Virus record (IMG/VR): IMGVR_UViG_3300042554_000484
Span: 1 to 61,023 of that record
Source: a virus
Lineage: Duplodnaviria; Caudoviricetes
Length of the DNA: 61,023 nt
Reading direction: 5' to 3' (one strand)
Below are positions 27,601 to 37,600 of this stretch, one piece after another (position 1 is the first letter of the stretch; every line of letters begins with the position of its first letter). The notes beneath the pieces are model-generated. The model saw only the letters and a program-made list of their open reading frames with translations. It was not told the origin of the DNA and made no database searches. A program made the position numbers and the translations under genes.

Positions 27601-28170
27601 TCATCCGAGGGCGTCATGGAGCACCTCCATGTCACCGTTCAGCCACTCCTTGAACGCCTCGACATCGGCCTCTTGGACATAGACGGTGATGGCGGTCGAG
27701 AACACGTTGCTCGTCGGATCAGCGGTCACGGCCACGTTCACGGGCGGAGCCTCATCCTTCAGGCCCTCGACCCACTCATTGAACGGGCGCTTACGGGCAC
27801 CGGTCGAGTCGCCCCAGTCGCCAGTGGTCCAGCCTTCGAGGCCCACCTCGGCCCAGCCGGCGATCTTCGTGGTGTGGTAGCCGCGCCACCCGTCCGTGCG
27901 GGTGTAGGTGCGGCTGACCTCCATGTCAGGCTCATCGCCGTACTTGCTCATGGAGAACTTGTCGGTGACGTAGATCCGGTCGGGGCCGTCACTGTCGCCG
28001 GTGTAGTCGGGGCCGTAGAGCAGGATGGTCGAGGCGTACTGCGACTCGGACTCGTAGCAGGACTCGCACAGCCACTCTTCGGCGATGTTGGCCCACTGCA
28101 TGTAGTCGGTGTCGAGGTCGAACGTCTCTTCGCAGGTTCCGCACTTGGCGGAGCGGTCTTCGGTACTCAT
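27601..28170 (-). CDS. Hypothetical protein with N-terminal CxxC..CxxC
   Basis: CGTC...CESC; TDGWRGY motif. Confidence 0.6.
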   Translation of the reverse strand: MSTEDRSAKCGTCEETFDLDTDYMQWANIAEEWLCESCYESESQYASTILLYGPDYTGDSDGPDRIYVTDKFSMSKYGDEPDMEVSRTYTRTDGWRGYHTTKIAGWAEVGLEGWTTGDWGDSTGARKRPFNEWVEGLKDEAPPVNVAVTADPTSNVFSTAITVYVQEADVEAFKEWLNGDMEVLHDALG

Positions 28171-28424
28171 GCTGCACTTCCCTTCTTGGTTGCGGCGTTC
28201 CAGCCCTTCGTCCATCCGCGCTGCCACTCAGCCATGTCGGAGGCGACCAGCAGGTTCATCGCCCAGCCGCGCTCCTCCTCGGAGGCGCCTCGGGCTCGGA
28301 GCAGTTCGCCGATGAGGTGGTAGGCGCGGCGCGACTCGATCGTGCCGGTCTGGGTTGGGTACTCGGCGAGGAACTTGTCGATGCGCTCTTCCATGGCGGT
28401 CATGTCGAATGTCGTGGTGTTCAT
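28167..28424 (-). CDS. Hypothetical protein
   Basis: ORF with AAGGGA RBS, coupled to the next gene. Confidence 0.55.
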   Translation of the reverse strand: MNTTTFDMTAMEERIDKFLAEYPTQTGTIESRRAYHLIGELLRARGASEEERGWAMNLLVASDMAEWQRGWTKGWNAATKKGSAA

Positions 28425-28437
28425 GTGTGTGTCCCTT

Positions 28438-28653
28438 CTACTGAGGTGGTCTCGGTGTGCCGTCTGCGCGGTAGCCCCACGGGGCTTCGCCTTGGGCGTA
28501 TTCGATGAGTGAGGTGATCTCGGCGCAGGCGCCCATGGCGTCGAGTGCTTGGGCGAGTGCCTCGTCGGTGTCGTTGGCCTTGAGTGCGGCTTCGAGGTCG
28601 CGGAGGTCTTCGCGGATGCGCTTGGCGTAGGCGCGGATCTGTGTCTTCTGCAT
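28438..28653 (-). CDS. Hypothetical helical protein
   Basis: ORF directly after the promoter at 28674-28700, AAGGGAG RBS. Confidence 0.6.
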   Translation of the reverse strand: MQKTQIRAYAKRIREDLRDLEAALKANDTDEALAQALDAMGACAEITSLIEYAQGEAPWGYRADGTPRPPQ

Positions 28654-28673
28654 GGGGTCTCCCTTCCCTGTCT

Positions 28674-28700
28674 AACCCGAGTTTAGCATACCCCCGGTTG
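28674..28700 (-). promoter_or_regulatory. Repeated promoter/operator
   Basis: caaccgggggtaTGCTAAACTcgggtt. Confidence 0.7.
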
Positions 28701-28717
28701 AGGGCTGACACGGGGGG

Positions 28718-29491
28718 TCACCGTGCCGCCACCATCTTCGGCTCGCGAGGCAGTGCAACCTGCTCGAAGAAGTTGCACCGCTCGCAGCGCACCGACCACA
28801 CCACCGTCGTGCGCGTGGTCCGGTCCTCCCACACCGACGCGGTGCCTTCACAGTCGCAGTCAGTGGCGAACATCGGGCGCCACCTCGAACCGCCCTCAAG
28901 CGGCCCCTCGGCGATTGCGGCGCGAGCCATGGCCCGAGCCCGAGCCCGCTTATCGGCGGCCTTCGCCCGGTAGCCAAGGATCCGGTCGATCTCGGCCTGA
29001 GCCTTCTCGGGAGCAGCGCCGGGTGCACGGACCCTGCCGACTCGCCCGTTGCGATGCACCTTGATCCCGAGGGCGGAGTACAGGTGGCGCAGCGCCTTCT
29101 CAGCCTCAGCGCCCTGGGCGATGCGGACAACGTCGAGCAGTGCGGCAGCGAAGCCGGCGCCGTGGCCGTCGTGCTTGCCGTACACCTGCGGGTGGCGGTA
29201 CTCGACGAAGTGGGCGATCTCGTGAAGCATGACGGCTTCGGATCGGTTCGAGCCGAGCGTGATGCAGTGGCCCTTCGAGTGATGGCCGGAGAGGTAGGCG
29301 TAGGAGCCGCCCCCGCTGGACTTCACGAGCGGGACGCCCCAGCCGCCGTGGTAGCGGGGGAAGGCGGCGGCGAATCGCTTGCCGCTGGTGATGCGCTTGT
29401 AGCGGCGCTGTAGCGCCTTGAAGTCGGTCGAGGTTTCCTTGGCGTAGGACTGCACAAGGCCGTCAACGTCGTAGATCGTGACTCTTGTCAA
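28718..29491 (-). CDS. HExxH zinc metallopeptidase-like protein (SprT-like)
   Basis: VMLHEIAHF...HGAGF; C-terminal Cys pairs. Confidence 0.65.
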   Translation of the reverse strand: MTRVTIYDVDGLVQSYAKETSTDFKALQRRYKRITSGKRFAAAFPRYHGGWGVPLVKSSGGGSYAYLSGHHSKGHCITLGSNRSEAVMLHEIAHFVEYRHPQVYGKHDGHGAGFAAALLDVVRIAQGAEAEKALRHLYSALGIKVHRNGRVGRVRAPGAAPEKAQAEIDRILGYRAKAADKRARARAMARAAIAEGPLEGGSRWRPMFATDCDCEGTASVWEDRTTRTTVVWSVRCERCNFFEQVALPREPKMVAAR

Positions 29492-29514
29492 GGTGGTCTC
29501 CCTTCCACGTTGTG

Positions 29515-29705
29515 TACCCCCAGTTTACCATACCCCCATTTAGGCTCTATCATCGGGGTCATGATCGAACGATGGCTCTGGCGCTGCACCCTCTGCGGGA
29601 AGACCGGCATCTCGAAGGACGCGAGTCGAGGCTTCACCGAGCACTACATGACGACGCACTCGGACCCCCCCCTGTCAGGGACATAACCCCCGTATGGTAT
29701 CTTAG
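29515..29705. promoter_or_regulatory. Divergent promoter pair at the strand switch
   Basis: Minus strand TGGTAAACTggggg near 29517-29530; plus strand aacccccgtaTGGTATCTT at 29685-29703. Confidence 0.6.
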
Positions 29706-30625
29706 TGGTGTTGGCCGGGGGGACCGGCCAGGGAAGGGAGCCCCGGATGACCACCTACGCCATCGCCTGCAACGAGCAGACGACTTTCTACGAGGTTCAC
29801 AAGCCCGGCTGCGCCCACCTGAACCGGACGGACAAGTACCTGTACTCGACGCCCGCCCAGGCCGAGTCGGCGCAGGCCGCTGCTGCCAACTTCGAGGCCG
29901 CCAACGAAGGGTGTTTCACGAAGATTTCACCGTGTGCGAAGGGAGCCGCATGAAGATTGACTGCTCGAACTGCATGACCACCATCACGGTCGACCCCGAT
30001 GCGGGCACGGCCACCTACACCCGTCCCGGCCAGGGACGCGGCTCCAAGCGCATCCCCACCGAGACCTTCAGCAAGCCCGCATGGTTCGAGTACGACGGCG
30101 GCCTGCTGGTCTGGGAGGCGCCCTGCTGCCCCGACTACGTCGACTCTTTCGAGGAGGGCCTATGAGCATCAGCACACCGATTCGCCTCCGCCGAGGCACC
30201 TGCCACGGCCTGCCCGGCGTGTACTGGGCCTGGAAGGTCGACGGCTACTACGACCTGCACCACGCCCCCGAGGGCGTCGCACCTGACGGCTCCGATGTCG
30301 TCACCGAGTTTCTGCCCACCCTCGCCGCAGCCCGTCAGTGGGCCCGCGAGATGACCGACCTCGAAAGGAAGGGACTGCGATGAAGTCGCCACTCACCCCG
30401 AAGGCGCAGGCTGCGCTTGAGCAGATCGAAGCCGGGCAAGGCACCGCCGGCCTCACCCGTCAGATGATCGACCGACTCTTCGGTGAGCGACTCATTGACT
30501 GGGATCTCGACGAGCACCGCTGGGCGATCACATTGTCCGGTCGCGCTGAACTGTCGCACGCGAACATCGTGGCGCGACTGAAGGCCGAGAAGGCTGCGGC
30601 ACGCTGACCCCCGGTGTCAGACCCT

Positions 30626-30646
30626 AAACGGGGGTATGCTAAACTC
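30626..30646 (+). promoter_or_regulatory. Repeated promoter, plus orientation
   Basis: aaacgggggtaTGCTAAACTc. Confidence 0.7.
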
Positions 30647-31080
30647 TAGGTGTGGGCAGGGGGACTGCCCCAAGAAGGGAGGCGCCATGAGCGCAACGAA
30701 GTACGCGGCCCTCGCGAAGAAGGCCGACAAGGCCGGGCTCGCCGCAGCCGCCGCGAAGACCCCGACCCCCATGATCGTCGGCACGGCCAAGGGCTTGTTC
30801 GACGACACCATCGACTACACGAAGCCGACGTACTACGTCCCGAGCGGGATCTGCGGCTTCGCCTGGGTTGCCATCAAGGGCAACACCGGCTTCGGGCGCT
30901 GGGCCAAGAAGGCCGGCATCGCCTCGGCGGGCTACCCGTCCGGGCTGAACATTCGCGCCACGACGGGCGGCCAGTCCTACGAGGTCAAGATGGCCTACGC
31001 GCAGGCTTACGCCGCCGTGCTGCAAGAGGCCGGGATCACGGCCTACGCCGAAGGTCGCTTGGACTAGCGGCCCCTCGATC

Positions 31081-31127
31081 TCCGGTGGGGGACATGCGAC
31101 ACCCCCCGACTCGCTTCCCCCACCGGA
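31081..31127 (+). terminator. Hairpin with 12-bp perfect outer stem
   Basis: tccggtggggga ... tcccccaccgga after the 30687-31067 stop. Confidence 0.55.
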
Positions 31128-31145
31128 CCCCCCCACCGTGCCCAT

Positions 31146-31171
31146 AACCCCCGTGCAGTACAATCGGGGTT
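31146..31171 (+). promoter_or_regulatory. Repeated promoter/operator
   Basis: aacccccgtgcagTACAATcggggtt. Confidence 0.65.
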
Positions 31172-31852
31172 GAGAGAAGGGAGCACCACATGACCAAGAA
31201 GTGCCGAGACTGCTTCAACCGAGTGGGCGCCGACGGCTGGCGCTGCGACAACTGCGCCGCCCGCTGGAAGAAGTACACCGACGACTACATAGCAGCCCGA
31301 GCCGCATCCGGCGGCAAAGGATGGGAGCACGCCAACTGCGACCACGCCTACGGGTACTGCGCCGCAACCCCGAGCAACGCCTACGAAGGGATCACGAAAT
31401 GAGCAACATGGACATCACCCCCGAGCAGTACCTCGAACTCGGCATGACCCGCAAGGGCCTGATCCTCGACCTCGTCAACGGCATCGACAGCGACCTGCTG
31501 ATGCTCGCCAAGGACGAGTCGGCCCAGAACGCCGGAGCCACGACGGTCGCCGACCGAGCCACACGCCGGCTGATGAACCTCGTCGCCCTCATCGAGCCCG
31601 ACCTCATCAACATCAACCCCGAGGAGAACGCATGACCGAACACGCGCCCTCCATCACACACATGAGCCTCAAGGCACGGCAACGCGCCGCACGGCAGTGG
31701 GCCGCATGGCGCAACGCCGGCGAACCCGAGGTCATCACCTGCAAGCGGGCCTACGAACTCACCGGCATCGACTGGTACGGTCAGCGCGACTCGCGAGTGC
31801 CCGTCCGGCTCACCGCCGTCGCAATCAACTACGTCAAGAAGGGAGGACGCCT

Positions 31853-32740
31853 ATGACCACGACCATTGTCCATAGCCCGTTCTACTCACAATGGGTGTTC
31901 GACCCCGAGCACCCGACACAAGGCCGCCGCTTCGACAAGGGCTTCGACGCGGTCACCATGGCCCTCGAAGAGGAGGGCCGCCGCTATCAGGTCATCGAGC
32001 CTGAGCCGGTCGAGCGTGACGACCTGTTGCGTGTCCACACTGGCGGTTACGTCTCGAAGGTGGAAGCCGGTTTCAGTGACGAGTGGTCCGGTGAGCGCCG
32101 CGACCTCGGATCCCTGGCCGGACTGTTCGTCGGCGGCACACTCACGGCCCTCGACAGCCTCGAAGGTAGCGGCGGGCTCGCCGTCAATCTGCCTGGTGCG
32201 AAGCATCACGCCATGGCCGACTATTCGAGCGGTTTCTGTGTGTTCGCTGACCTAGCGATCGCAGCGGACATCGCCACCGAGCGGGGACACCGTGTCGCGA
32301 TCCTCGACATCGACGCGCACCACGGCGACGGCACCGAGGCGCTCACCCGCAGCAACCCGAACGTGCTCACGTTCAGCGTGCACGAGGGCGGCATCTTCCC
32401 CGGCACCGGGCTCACGGACGACAAGCAGCACAACGTGTACAACGACGCCCTGCCCCACTCATCCGGTGGGTCAAGCCTGCTGAACGCCGTCGACCGGTTC
32501 ATCGAAGTTGGTGACCCGTTCGATCCGACCGTGCTGTTCATCGCCGGTGGCGCTGACGGGCATTGGCGTGACCCGCTGTCGAGCCTGCTGTACTCCCTCG
32601 AAGATTACGAGGAGGCAATGTGGCGGGTTCGCACGTCATTCACGTCGCTGCCGATCCTGTTCGGTGGCGCCGGCGGATATCAGCCTGACGGTGGCACGCC
32701 CCTGTCGTGGGCGGCCATGATCCGGGGACTAGCCCGCTAG
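31853..32740 (+). CDS. Zn-dependent histone deacetylase family (AcuC/HDAC-like) protein
   Basis: HP, GAKHHA, GFCVFAD, DIDAHHGDG, FPGTG, GADGH..DPL and GG.GGY motifs; ATG at 31853 after GGGAGG. Confidence 0.9.
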   Translation: MTTTIVHSPFYSQWVFDPEHPTQGRRFDKGFDAVTMALEEEGRRYQVIEPEPVERDDLLRVHTGGYVSKVEAGFSDEWSGERRDLGSLAGLFVGGTLTALDSLEGSGGLAVNLPGAKHHAMADYSSGFCVFADLAIAADIATERGHRVAILDIDAHHGDGTEALTRSNPNVLTFSVHEGGIFPGTGLTDDKQHNVYNDALPHSSGGSSLLNAVDRFIEVGDPFDPTVLFIAGGADGHWRDPLSSLLYSLEDYEEAMWRVRTSFTSLPILFGGAGGYQPDGGTPLSWAAMIRGLAR

Positions 32741-34362
32741 AGCGCACCCCACGAGTTGACCTGCCCGATGCCGATCGGCTTCACGTTCGGCACGATCTTC
32801 CCTGGCGGTTCATAGATCGCGAGCAGGATCGCCTCGGCACGGTCAGGGCTCGACACGCCGCGCCGCTTCATCTCGGCTTTCGTTTCGATTTGGATGCGGC
32901 CGGCGGAGTCTGCCTTGAACGTGGGGCCGGCTAACTGGGTCATCACTTTCCGGTCCACTTCGAGGCACAGATCGGTGGGGCCATCGGCCCTGGGTTGCAT
33001 CATGAGGCGCCCGTTCCACCACAACTCGGAACGAATGTTGCGGAACTTCTGCGGGTCTTTCGCCCGCTCGGCCACGTTGACCGGCACGATCGTGGACTTG
33101 TGTCGGCCTTCCTGCCCCCACGTCTGCAACATGGACACGACACCCCAGCCGACGCCGATGGTGTCAATCTTCACCCTGACGGGGGTTGTGATGTCGCGTT
33201 CCGTGTGGACGGCTTCGGCCTCGTGGATAGCGGCGAGCGCGATACCGGCCACGTCGACCGCGTTCTGGTTCGTTTGTCCGCTGGACCGGTGCACGATGTC
33301 GACATAGCCGCCGTCTGCCCTGGCGATGACGTATTCGTCGCCGCCGTCTGCTGCCACGTCGATGCCGAGCCGGATCTCACCACGAGGGATCGCATCCTCG
33401 TTGTCGGCGGACCTTTCGCACCACGAGTACGGGATGACCTTGTTCGCTGTGGAGCGTGGGAAGCGTGCGAAGACACGGGCCTCCACGAATGGTGAGTCTT
33501 CCCCGAACTCGCTGATCACATCTTCGACCCATTTCCGGTCGACGAGGTGGTCGGTGATGTAGTGGTCCCCCACCTGGGGTGGGCACGTCTTGCATAGGCC
33601 GACTTCTTCGCCCGTGAAGTTGGGGGTGTCGTAGGCGCCGATGGTGATGGGGTTGTACAAGGGCGAGTTGAAGCATCGCTCGAACCACGAATCCTCTTCA
33701 TCGGTGGGTGGGTTGCCGAGGAGGAGGAGGCGGGTGTTGCCGCCAGTCATCAGTGCTTCGAGGGCCTGACCGACGACCTCTCCGATACCGCCGGCCTCGT
33801 CGACCACGATAAGCAGGTTCGGGGAGTGGATGCCCTGCGTGGCGGCCTCATCGTACGGGGACGGGGAGAAGCCGTAGGCGGCTACATCTCCACTGACCTT
33901 CCACATCGACGTGAGTACCTCGCCGGGTAACTTGCCGATGTAGTGGCAGCGGCGAATGTGCGGCCAGATGATGTTGCGGACCTGCCGGTGCGTGGGGGCG
34001 ATCGTAATCGCGAGGCTCGTGCCCGGTGCGTGAGACGCAACCCACCACGACACGATACGGGCCGACAGCCACGACTTACCGGGGGCGTGACAGGCGGCGA
34101 CAGCGGTGCGCTGATTCTCGATCACCGAGTTGATGATCTCCCGCTGCTTCGACCACACCGTTTCGCCGAGGGCTTCGGTGATGAACTTCAGGGGCTCTTC
34201 CTCATATTGCGCCCACGGGTTGCCTTCCTCAGCGGCCAGCAACCGGTCGAGGTGAACTTTCTCGTCAGGGGTCAACGTGGTGTAGATGCGGAGCCGCTGC
34301 TCGGGTTCTGCCGTGAGTACCCGGTCGACCAGTCTCACTGTGCCTCCCAGAATCTCGCCCAC
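32737..34362 (-). CDS. terL: Terminase large subunit
   Basis: Walker A ACHAPGKS, Walker B IVVDEAGG, GNP, nuclease GIDVA..G.D and SPDRAEA. Confidence 0.92.
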   Translation of the reverse strand: MGEILGGTVRLVDRVLTAEPEQRLRIYTTLTPDEKVHLDRLLAAEEGNPWAQYEEEPLKFITEALGETVWSKQREIINSVIENQRTAVAACHAPGKSWLSARIVSWWVASHAPGTSLAITIAPTHRQVRNIIWPHIRRCHYIGKLPGEVLTSMWKVSGDVAAYGFSPSPYDEAATQGIHSPNLLIVVDEAGGIGEVVGQALEALMTGGNTRLLLLGNPPTDEEDSWFERCFNSPLYNPITIGAYDTPNFTGEEVGLCKTCPPQVGDHYITDHLVDRKWVEDVISEFGEDSPFVEARVFARFPRSTANKVIPYSWCERSADNEDAIPRGEIRLGIDVAADGGDEYVIARADGGYVDIVHRSSGQTNQNAVDVAGIALAAIHEAEAVHTERDITTPVRVKIDTIGVGWGVVSMLQTWGQEGRHKSTIVPVNVAERAKDPQKFRNIRSELWWNGRLMMQPRADGPTDLCLEVDRKVMTQLAGPTFKADSAGRIQIETKAEMKRRGVSSPDRAEAILLAIYEPPGKIVPNVKPIGIGQVNSWGAL

Positions 34363-34592
34363 TGTTCAATGTCACTGGTCACGTCTTCTATTCCGTCCCG
34401 GTAGGCGTGAGCCTCGGCGATGGTGTGGTCGAGGCGCACTGGTCGGGCTTGCGCTTTCGGTAGGAGCCGGTCGCGGATCCACTCGTCGACCGCTTCACAT
34501 GCGAGAGCGGCGACGGCTTGCACTTGGCTGGGAGTCCATGTCTCGTACAGGATGCCCCCGAGGCGGTGCGCGACGTAGTCCTCCCGTGTCAC
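34335..34592 (-). CDS. Hypothetical protein
   Basis: ORF coupled to terL. Confidence 0.5.
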   Translation of the reverse strand: MTREDYVAHRLGGILYETWTPSQVQAVAALACEAVDEWIRDRLLPKAQARPVRLDHTIAEAHAYRDGIEDVTSDIEQWARFWEAQ

Positions 34593-34933
34593 GGCTTGTA
34601 GCCTGCCTCTTCGAGGAGCCGTAGGAGGGTGGCGAACTTGACGGCGGCGGGCCAGTCGTCGATGCGGGCAGGGCCGTAGCCGTCTGGGCGGATGATCGTG
34701 ACGGGCAGGATCCCGTCCGCTACCCGCTCGGTCTGCTGGTTGAGGGCGCCGGTGAGGTCGAGGCCCCGGCGGGCTTTCACTTCCACGTCGACCCCGAGGA
34801 CACCGAGGATGTCGGTGCCTTGCCGGCCCGCCCCGGTCGGCTCGGCGTAGATCCAGCCCGCTTCACGGAACCGTTCAGCGACGATGCGCTGCGAGGCGTA
34901 GCCCCGATGCTTCCTGTGCTGTGACGGCATCAC
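34589..34933 (-). CDS. PD-(D/E)xK Holliday-junction resolvase-like nuclease
   Basis: RKHRGY..Q..VA, GTD, EVKAR. Confidence 0.72.
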   Translation of the reverse strand: MMPSQHRKHRGYASQRIVAERFREAGWIYAEPTGAGRQGTDILGVLGVDVEVKARRGLDLTGALNQQTERVADGILPVTIIRPDGYGPARIDDWPAAVKFATLLRLLEEAGYKP

Positions 34934-35147
34934 GCCTCCGAGAGGTGGGGGTTGCCGGCCCGCTCGTCGAGGCGGCCACGCTCATACCCGTTGCTGTACG
35001 CCTTGAATGTCTGCTCCCGAACAATCTTCGACACCCGTATGAGGGAGTCCTGATCGGTTCGCACTCTGGCAATCAGGTCGCAATACCCACAGCCCTTCTT
35101 GGTGGGGTAGCGAGCAGAGTGTGCGCGAGGGCACAGGGGGTCGTGCA

Positions 35148-35615
35148 CTACTCACCTCGGGTTTCGAGGATGCGCTGCACCTTCCGTTCCAGATCCTCCG
35201 TGGACACGTCAAGCCTGACCGGTCCACCCTCAGCGCCGGTGACCTCGGAACGGTCGAAGCGGCCCCACTGGCGGGGGAACTTGCGTTCGAGGATCCAGGC
35301 GGCGGCTTGCCAGGTGCCGTTTCTGGCGTGGTTGGCGATTTCGCCGAGGAGGTCGACGGCTGCCTCTGACTGGGCTCTTTCTACTGAGTGCAAGAACTGC
35401 ACGAAGGGTGCCTCGTCGGGGTCGGGTGCTAAACCGGCGTTGATGCGGTCGCGTTCGGTGCGTCCGCGTTCCATCCACCCGTGGTAGGTGCGTGTGGAGA
35501 TGCCTGCGGCTTGGGCGGCGTGGTCGATGTAGGCGCCGTTGCGGAGCGCGTTGGTGATCGCTTCGAGGCGGTCGTCGTCGAGGAGTGTGGGGCGTCCCGG
35601 TTTCTTCCCTGCCAT
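35148..35615 (-). CDS. terS: Terminase small subunit
   Basis: GRPT...I..ALRNG.....AA..AGIS..TY..W...WQAAAWILER; upstream of terL. Confidence 0.78.
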   Translation of the reverse strand: MAGKKPGRPTLLDDDRLEAITNALRNGAYIDHAAQAAGISTRTYHGWMERGRTERDRINAGLAPDPDEAPFVQFLHSVERAQSEAAVDLLGEIANHARNGTWQAAAWILERKFPRQWGRFDRSEVTGAEGGPVRLDVSTEDLERKVQRILETRGE

Positions 35616-35844
35616 GCCGGTTATGTTACATGGGGTTCAGGGTTATGGGGGTTGGGCTCGCTGCGGGTTAGTCTTCCCACTCGCCGTAGAGGCGTGTCCA
35701 GATGTCGTCTTCCATGGGCACGATTGTACCGGTATGAGTTGTCATGCCTGGAAGTCATACTCGAAGTATGAGAAGCCGGGTATGGATTCGTATTTGATCG
35801 GTATGAACGTACCGGTGTTAGCGCATCCGCTCACACACGGGGGT

Positions 35845-36198
35845 TTATGTGTATTGGCCTACGGCCTCGGCGTTGAACTGGGTCTTGTGCGCTGAGGCGA
35901 GGGAACGTCCGACCTCGATTTGTACGCCGAGGGTGCGGATCCGTTCCTTGCAGGCGCGGACTTTCTGCTGCGCGATCTCATAGAGGAGGTTCTCGTCGCG
36001 GGTTTCGTAGATGGCGATTTGTTTCCGCAGGTCCATTGAACCCTGGTTGTCGAGGAAGGCGCGTGCGTAGGCGACCTCGTAGGCCGACTTCGCTCGGACG
36101 GCTTCCTCGTCGAGGACAGCGATCTCCGAGGTGGCCGCGTCGAGGAGGCGAGACAACTCGGCGAGGCGTTCGAGGGACTGCATCTGTGTGGGGATCAC
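35845..36198 (-). CDS. Coiled-coil hypothetical protein
   Basis: Helical ORF, GTG start. Confidence 0.55.
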   Translation of the reverse strand: MIPTQMQSLERLAELSRLLDAATSEIAVLDEEAVRAKSAYEVAYARAFLDNQGSMDLRKQIAIYETRDENLLYEIAQQKVRACKERIRTLGVQIEVGRSLASAHKTQFNAEAVGQYT

Positions 36199-36731
36199 GG
36201 GACGGTTTCCCACAAGCCCGGCGTATTAGGTTCCCCTTCGGACCATCCGAGATTCAAGTGGAAGATGGTTTCTTGATTGCCGAGGTTCTCGAACGTCATG
36301 AGGTATTTCGTGTCGGCCTTCAAGATGAAGATGCGGTCTTGACTGGCGCTGCCTCCGGCTTTCCCTGCGTTTCCGACGAGTTCGCTTGCCATCTTGGTTC
36401 CGCCCGTGTGTGTGGTGGCAGTCCAGAAGGTGACGCTGTGGGTGTCGGTGACGTTGCGGTTGAGGTTTCTGCCGACGATGGCTGAGGACACGGGGGTGAG
36501 GGTGGGTGCTTCGATGAGGGTGGCCTTCACGGGGTGGGCTGTGGAGGAGAGGTCGTAGAACTGGATCTCGATCTGTTTACCGACTGTGGATAACCCGAAT
36601 CGGGTTGTGGACAGAGAGGTGAGCGTGAAGAACTCACTGACCAGATAGATGTAGCCACGCTTCGCGAGCCCGTCCGGCTCGGTCGACAACTCTGAATATT
36701 GGCGCTTGGACCAGAAGTTCGACACGGTCAC
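36195..36731 (-). CDS. Hypothetical beta-rich protein
   Basis: GTG after GAGGA; N.NRN...ILK..TKYL..F.N...W.E. Confidence 0.55.
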   Translation of the reverse strand: MTVSNFWSKRQYSELSTEPDGLAKRGYIYLVSEFFTLTSLSTTRFGLSTVGKQIEIQFYDLSSTAHPVKATLIEAPTLTPVSSAIVGRNLNRNVTDTHSVTFWTATTHTGGTKMASELVGNAGKAGGSASQDRIFILKADTKYLMTFENLGNQETIFHLNLGWSEGEPNTPGLWETVP

Positions 36732-37163
36732 TCCTCGATTTCGTGCACGGGTGCCTTTTTCAGGCTGTAGTGCCGGTGGCAGGCAGGGCAGAGACGCCAG
36801 TCGCAGTGCGTGCAGTGACGGGTGGCTCGGTCTACGAACATGGGAAGGTTGCAGTACGGGCACCTGACGGCATCCACGACGACTCCTTCCTCTTCAGTCA
36901 AGGGTAGTCGCTTTCCATCCTCGGCAGGGGCATGGAACGAGGAGGCGGTAGAAGTCCAGGCGTGCCGGGTCGACTCGTGCGTTGCACGCTGCGACAGCCC
37001 GATCACCGTGGGTGGTTTCGCGGTGCCCGCACTCACACATCATCGTCGTCGTCACCCCACACGTCTTCCATGTCGCCGAGGTGGCTGATGGCGATAACGA
37101 TGTTGGCGATGAGCACACCACAGGTTGCCCCTACGGCGGCGATGGCTGCGATGGCCCACGGGT

Positions 37164-37355
37164 TCACGGCCAGTGCCCTTCGTTCTGCGGAGGGGAGCGA
37201 CGTTCGGTGCTGTGTAGATGGTTGAGGGATTCGAGGTATCTCCGGGCTTGCTTCTCTTCGTGTCGTTGCCCGGCGAGGAAACTCATGTTCAAGGCGAGCA
37301 CGATTGCCACTGATCCAAGAATCAAGAACGCGAACCAGAGGACAATCTCGGTCAT
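37164..37355 (-). CDS. Small membrane protein
   Basis: N-terminal transmembrane stretch. Confidence 0.5.
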   Translation of the reverse strand: MTEIVLWFAFLILGSVAIVLALNMSFLAGQRHEEKQARRYLESLNHLHSTERRSPPQNEGHWP

Positions 37356-37600
37356 GTCGCGTTAGCGGCGTTCTGCTGCGCGATGTACTCGCGGAGGATC
37401 TTGTACACGTTCTGCTCCGTGGTGCCCATGGCTTCGGCGATCTCACGGTAGGTGACTTTGCTGTCGCGGAGACGCTGAATGATGGAGCGGCGCGAGTGTG
37501 AGAGTTCTTCGATGTCACGCTGACGCTGCCGGATCTGCATGGTGAGTTCCTTGACGGACTCAAGATCATTCTTTGATGCGGTGTCGACTGCGATAGTCAC
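37352..37600 (-). CDS. HTH DNA-binding protein (also in frame with the upstream HNH)
   Basis: VTYREIAEAMGTTEQNVYKIL; GTG at 37600 after AAGGGA. Confidence 0.7.
   Translation of the reverse strand: MTIAVDTASKNDLESVKELTMQIRQRQRDIEELSHSRRSIIQRLRDSKVTYREIAEAMGTTEQNVYKILREYIAQQNAANAT

Larger units (their letters stand above)
29747..31856 (+). other. Plus-strand block of small hypothetical genes (29747-29953, 29950-30165, 30162-30383, 30380-30607, 30687-31067, 31190-31402, 31399-31635, 31632-31856)
   Basis: ATGA-coupled ORFs, AAGGGAG RBSs, three copies of the repeated promoter. Confidence 0.65.

Noticed and set aside
31067-31145. Possible tRNA or structured ncRNA
   Set aside because: A single long hairpin with no cloverleaf or T-loop consensus; treated as a terminator-like element.
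20921-31171. CRISPR-like array formed by AACCCC...GGGGTT repeats
   Set aside because: Copies are dispersed, degenerate, kilobases apart and sit upstream of genes; there are no regular spacers and no cas genes.
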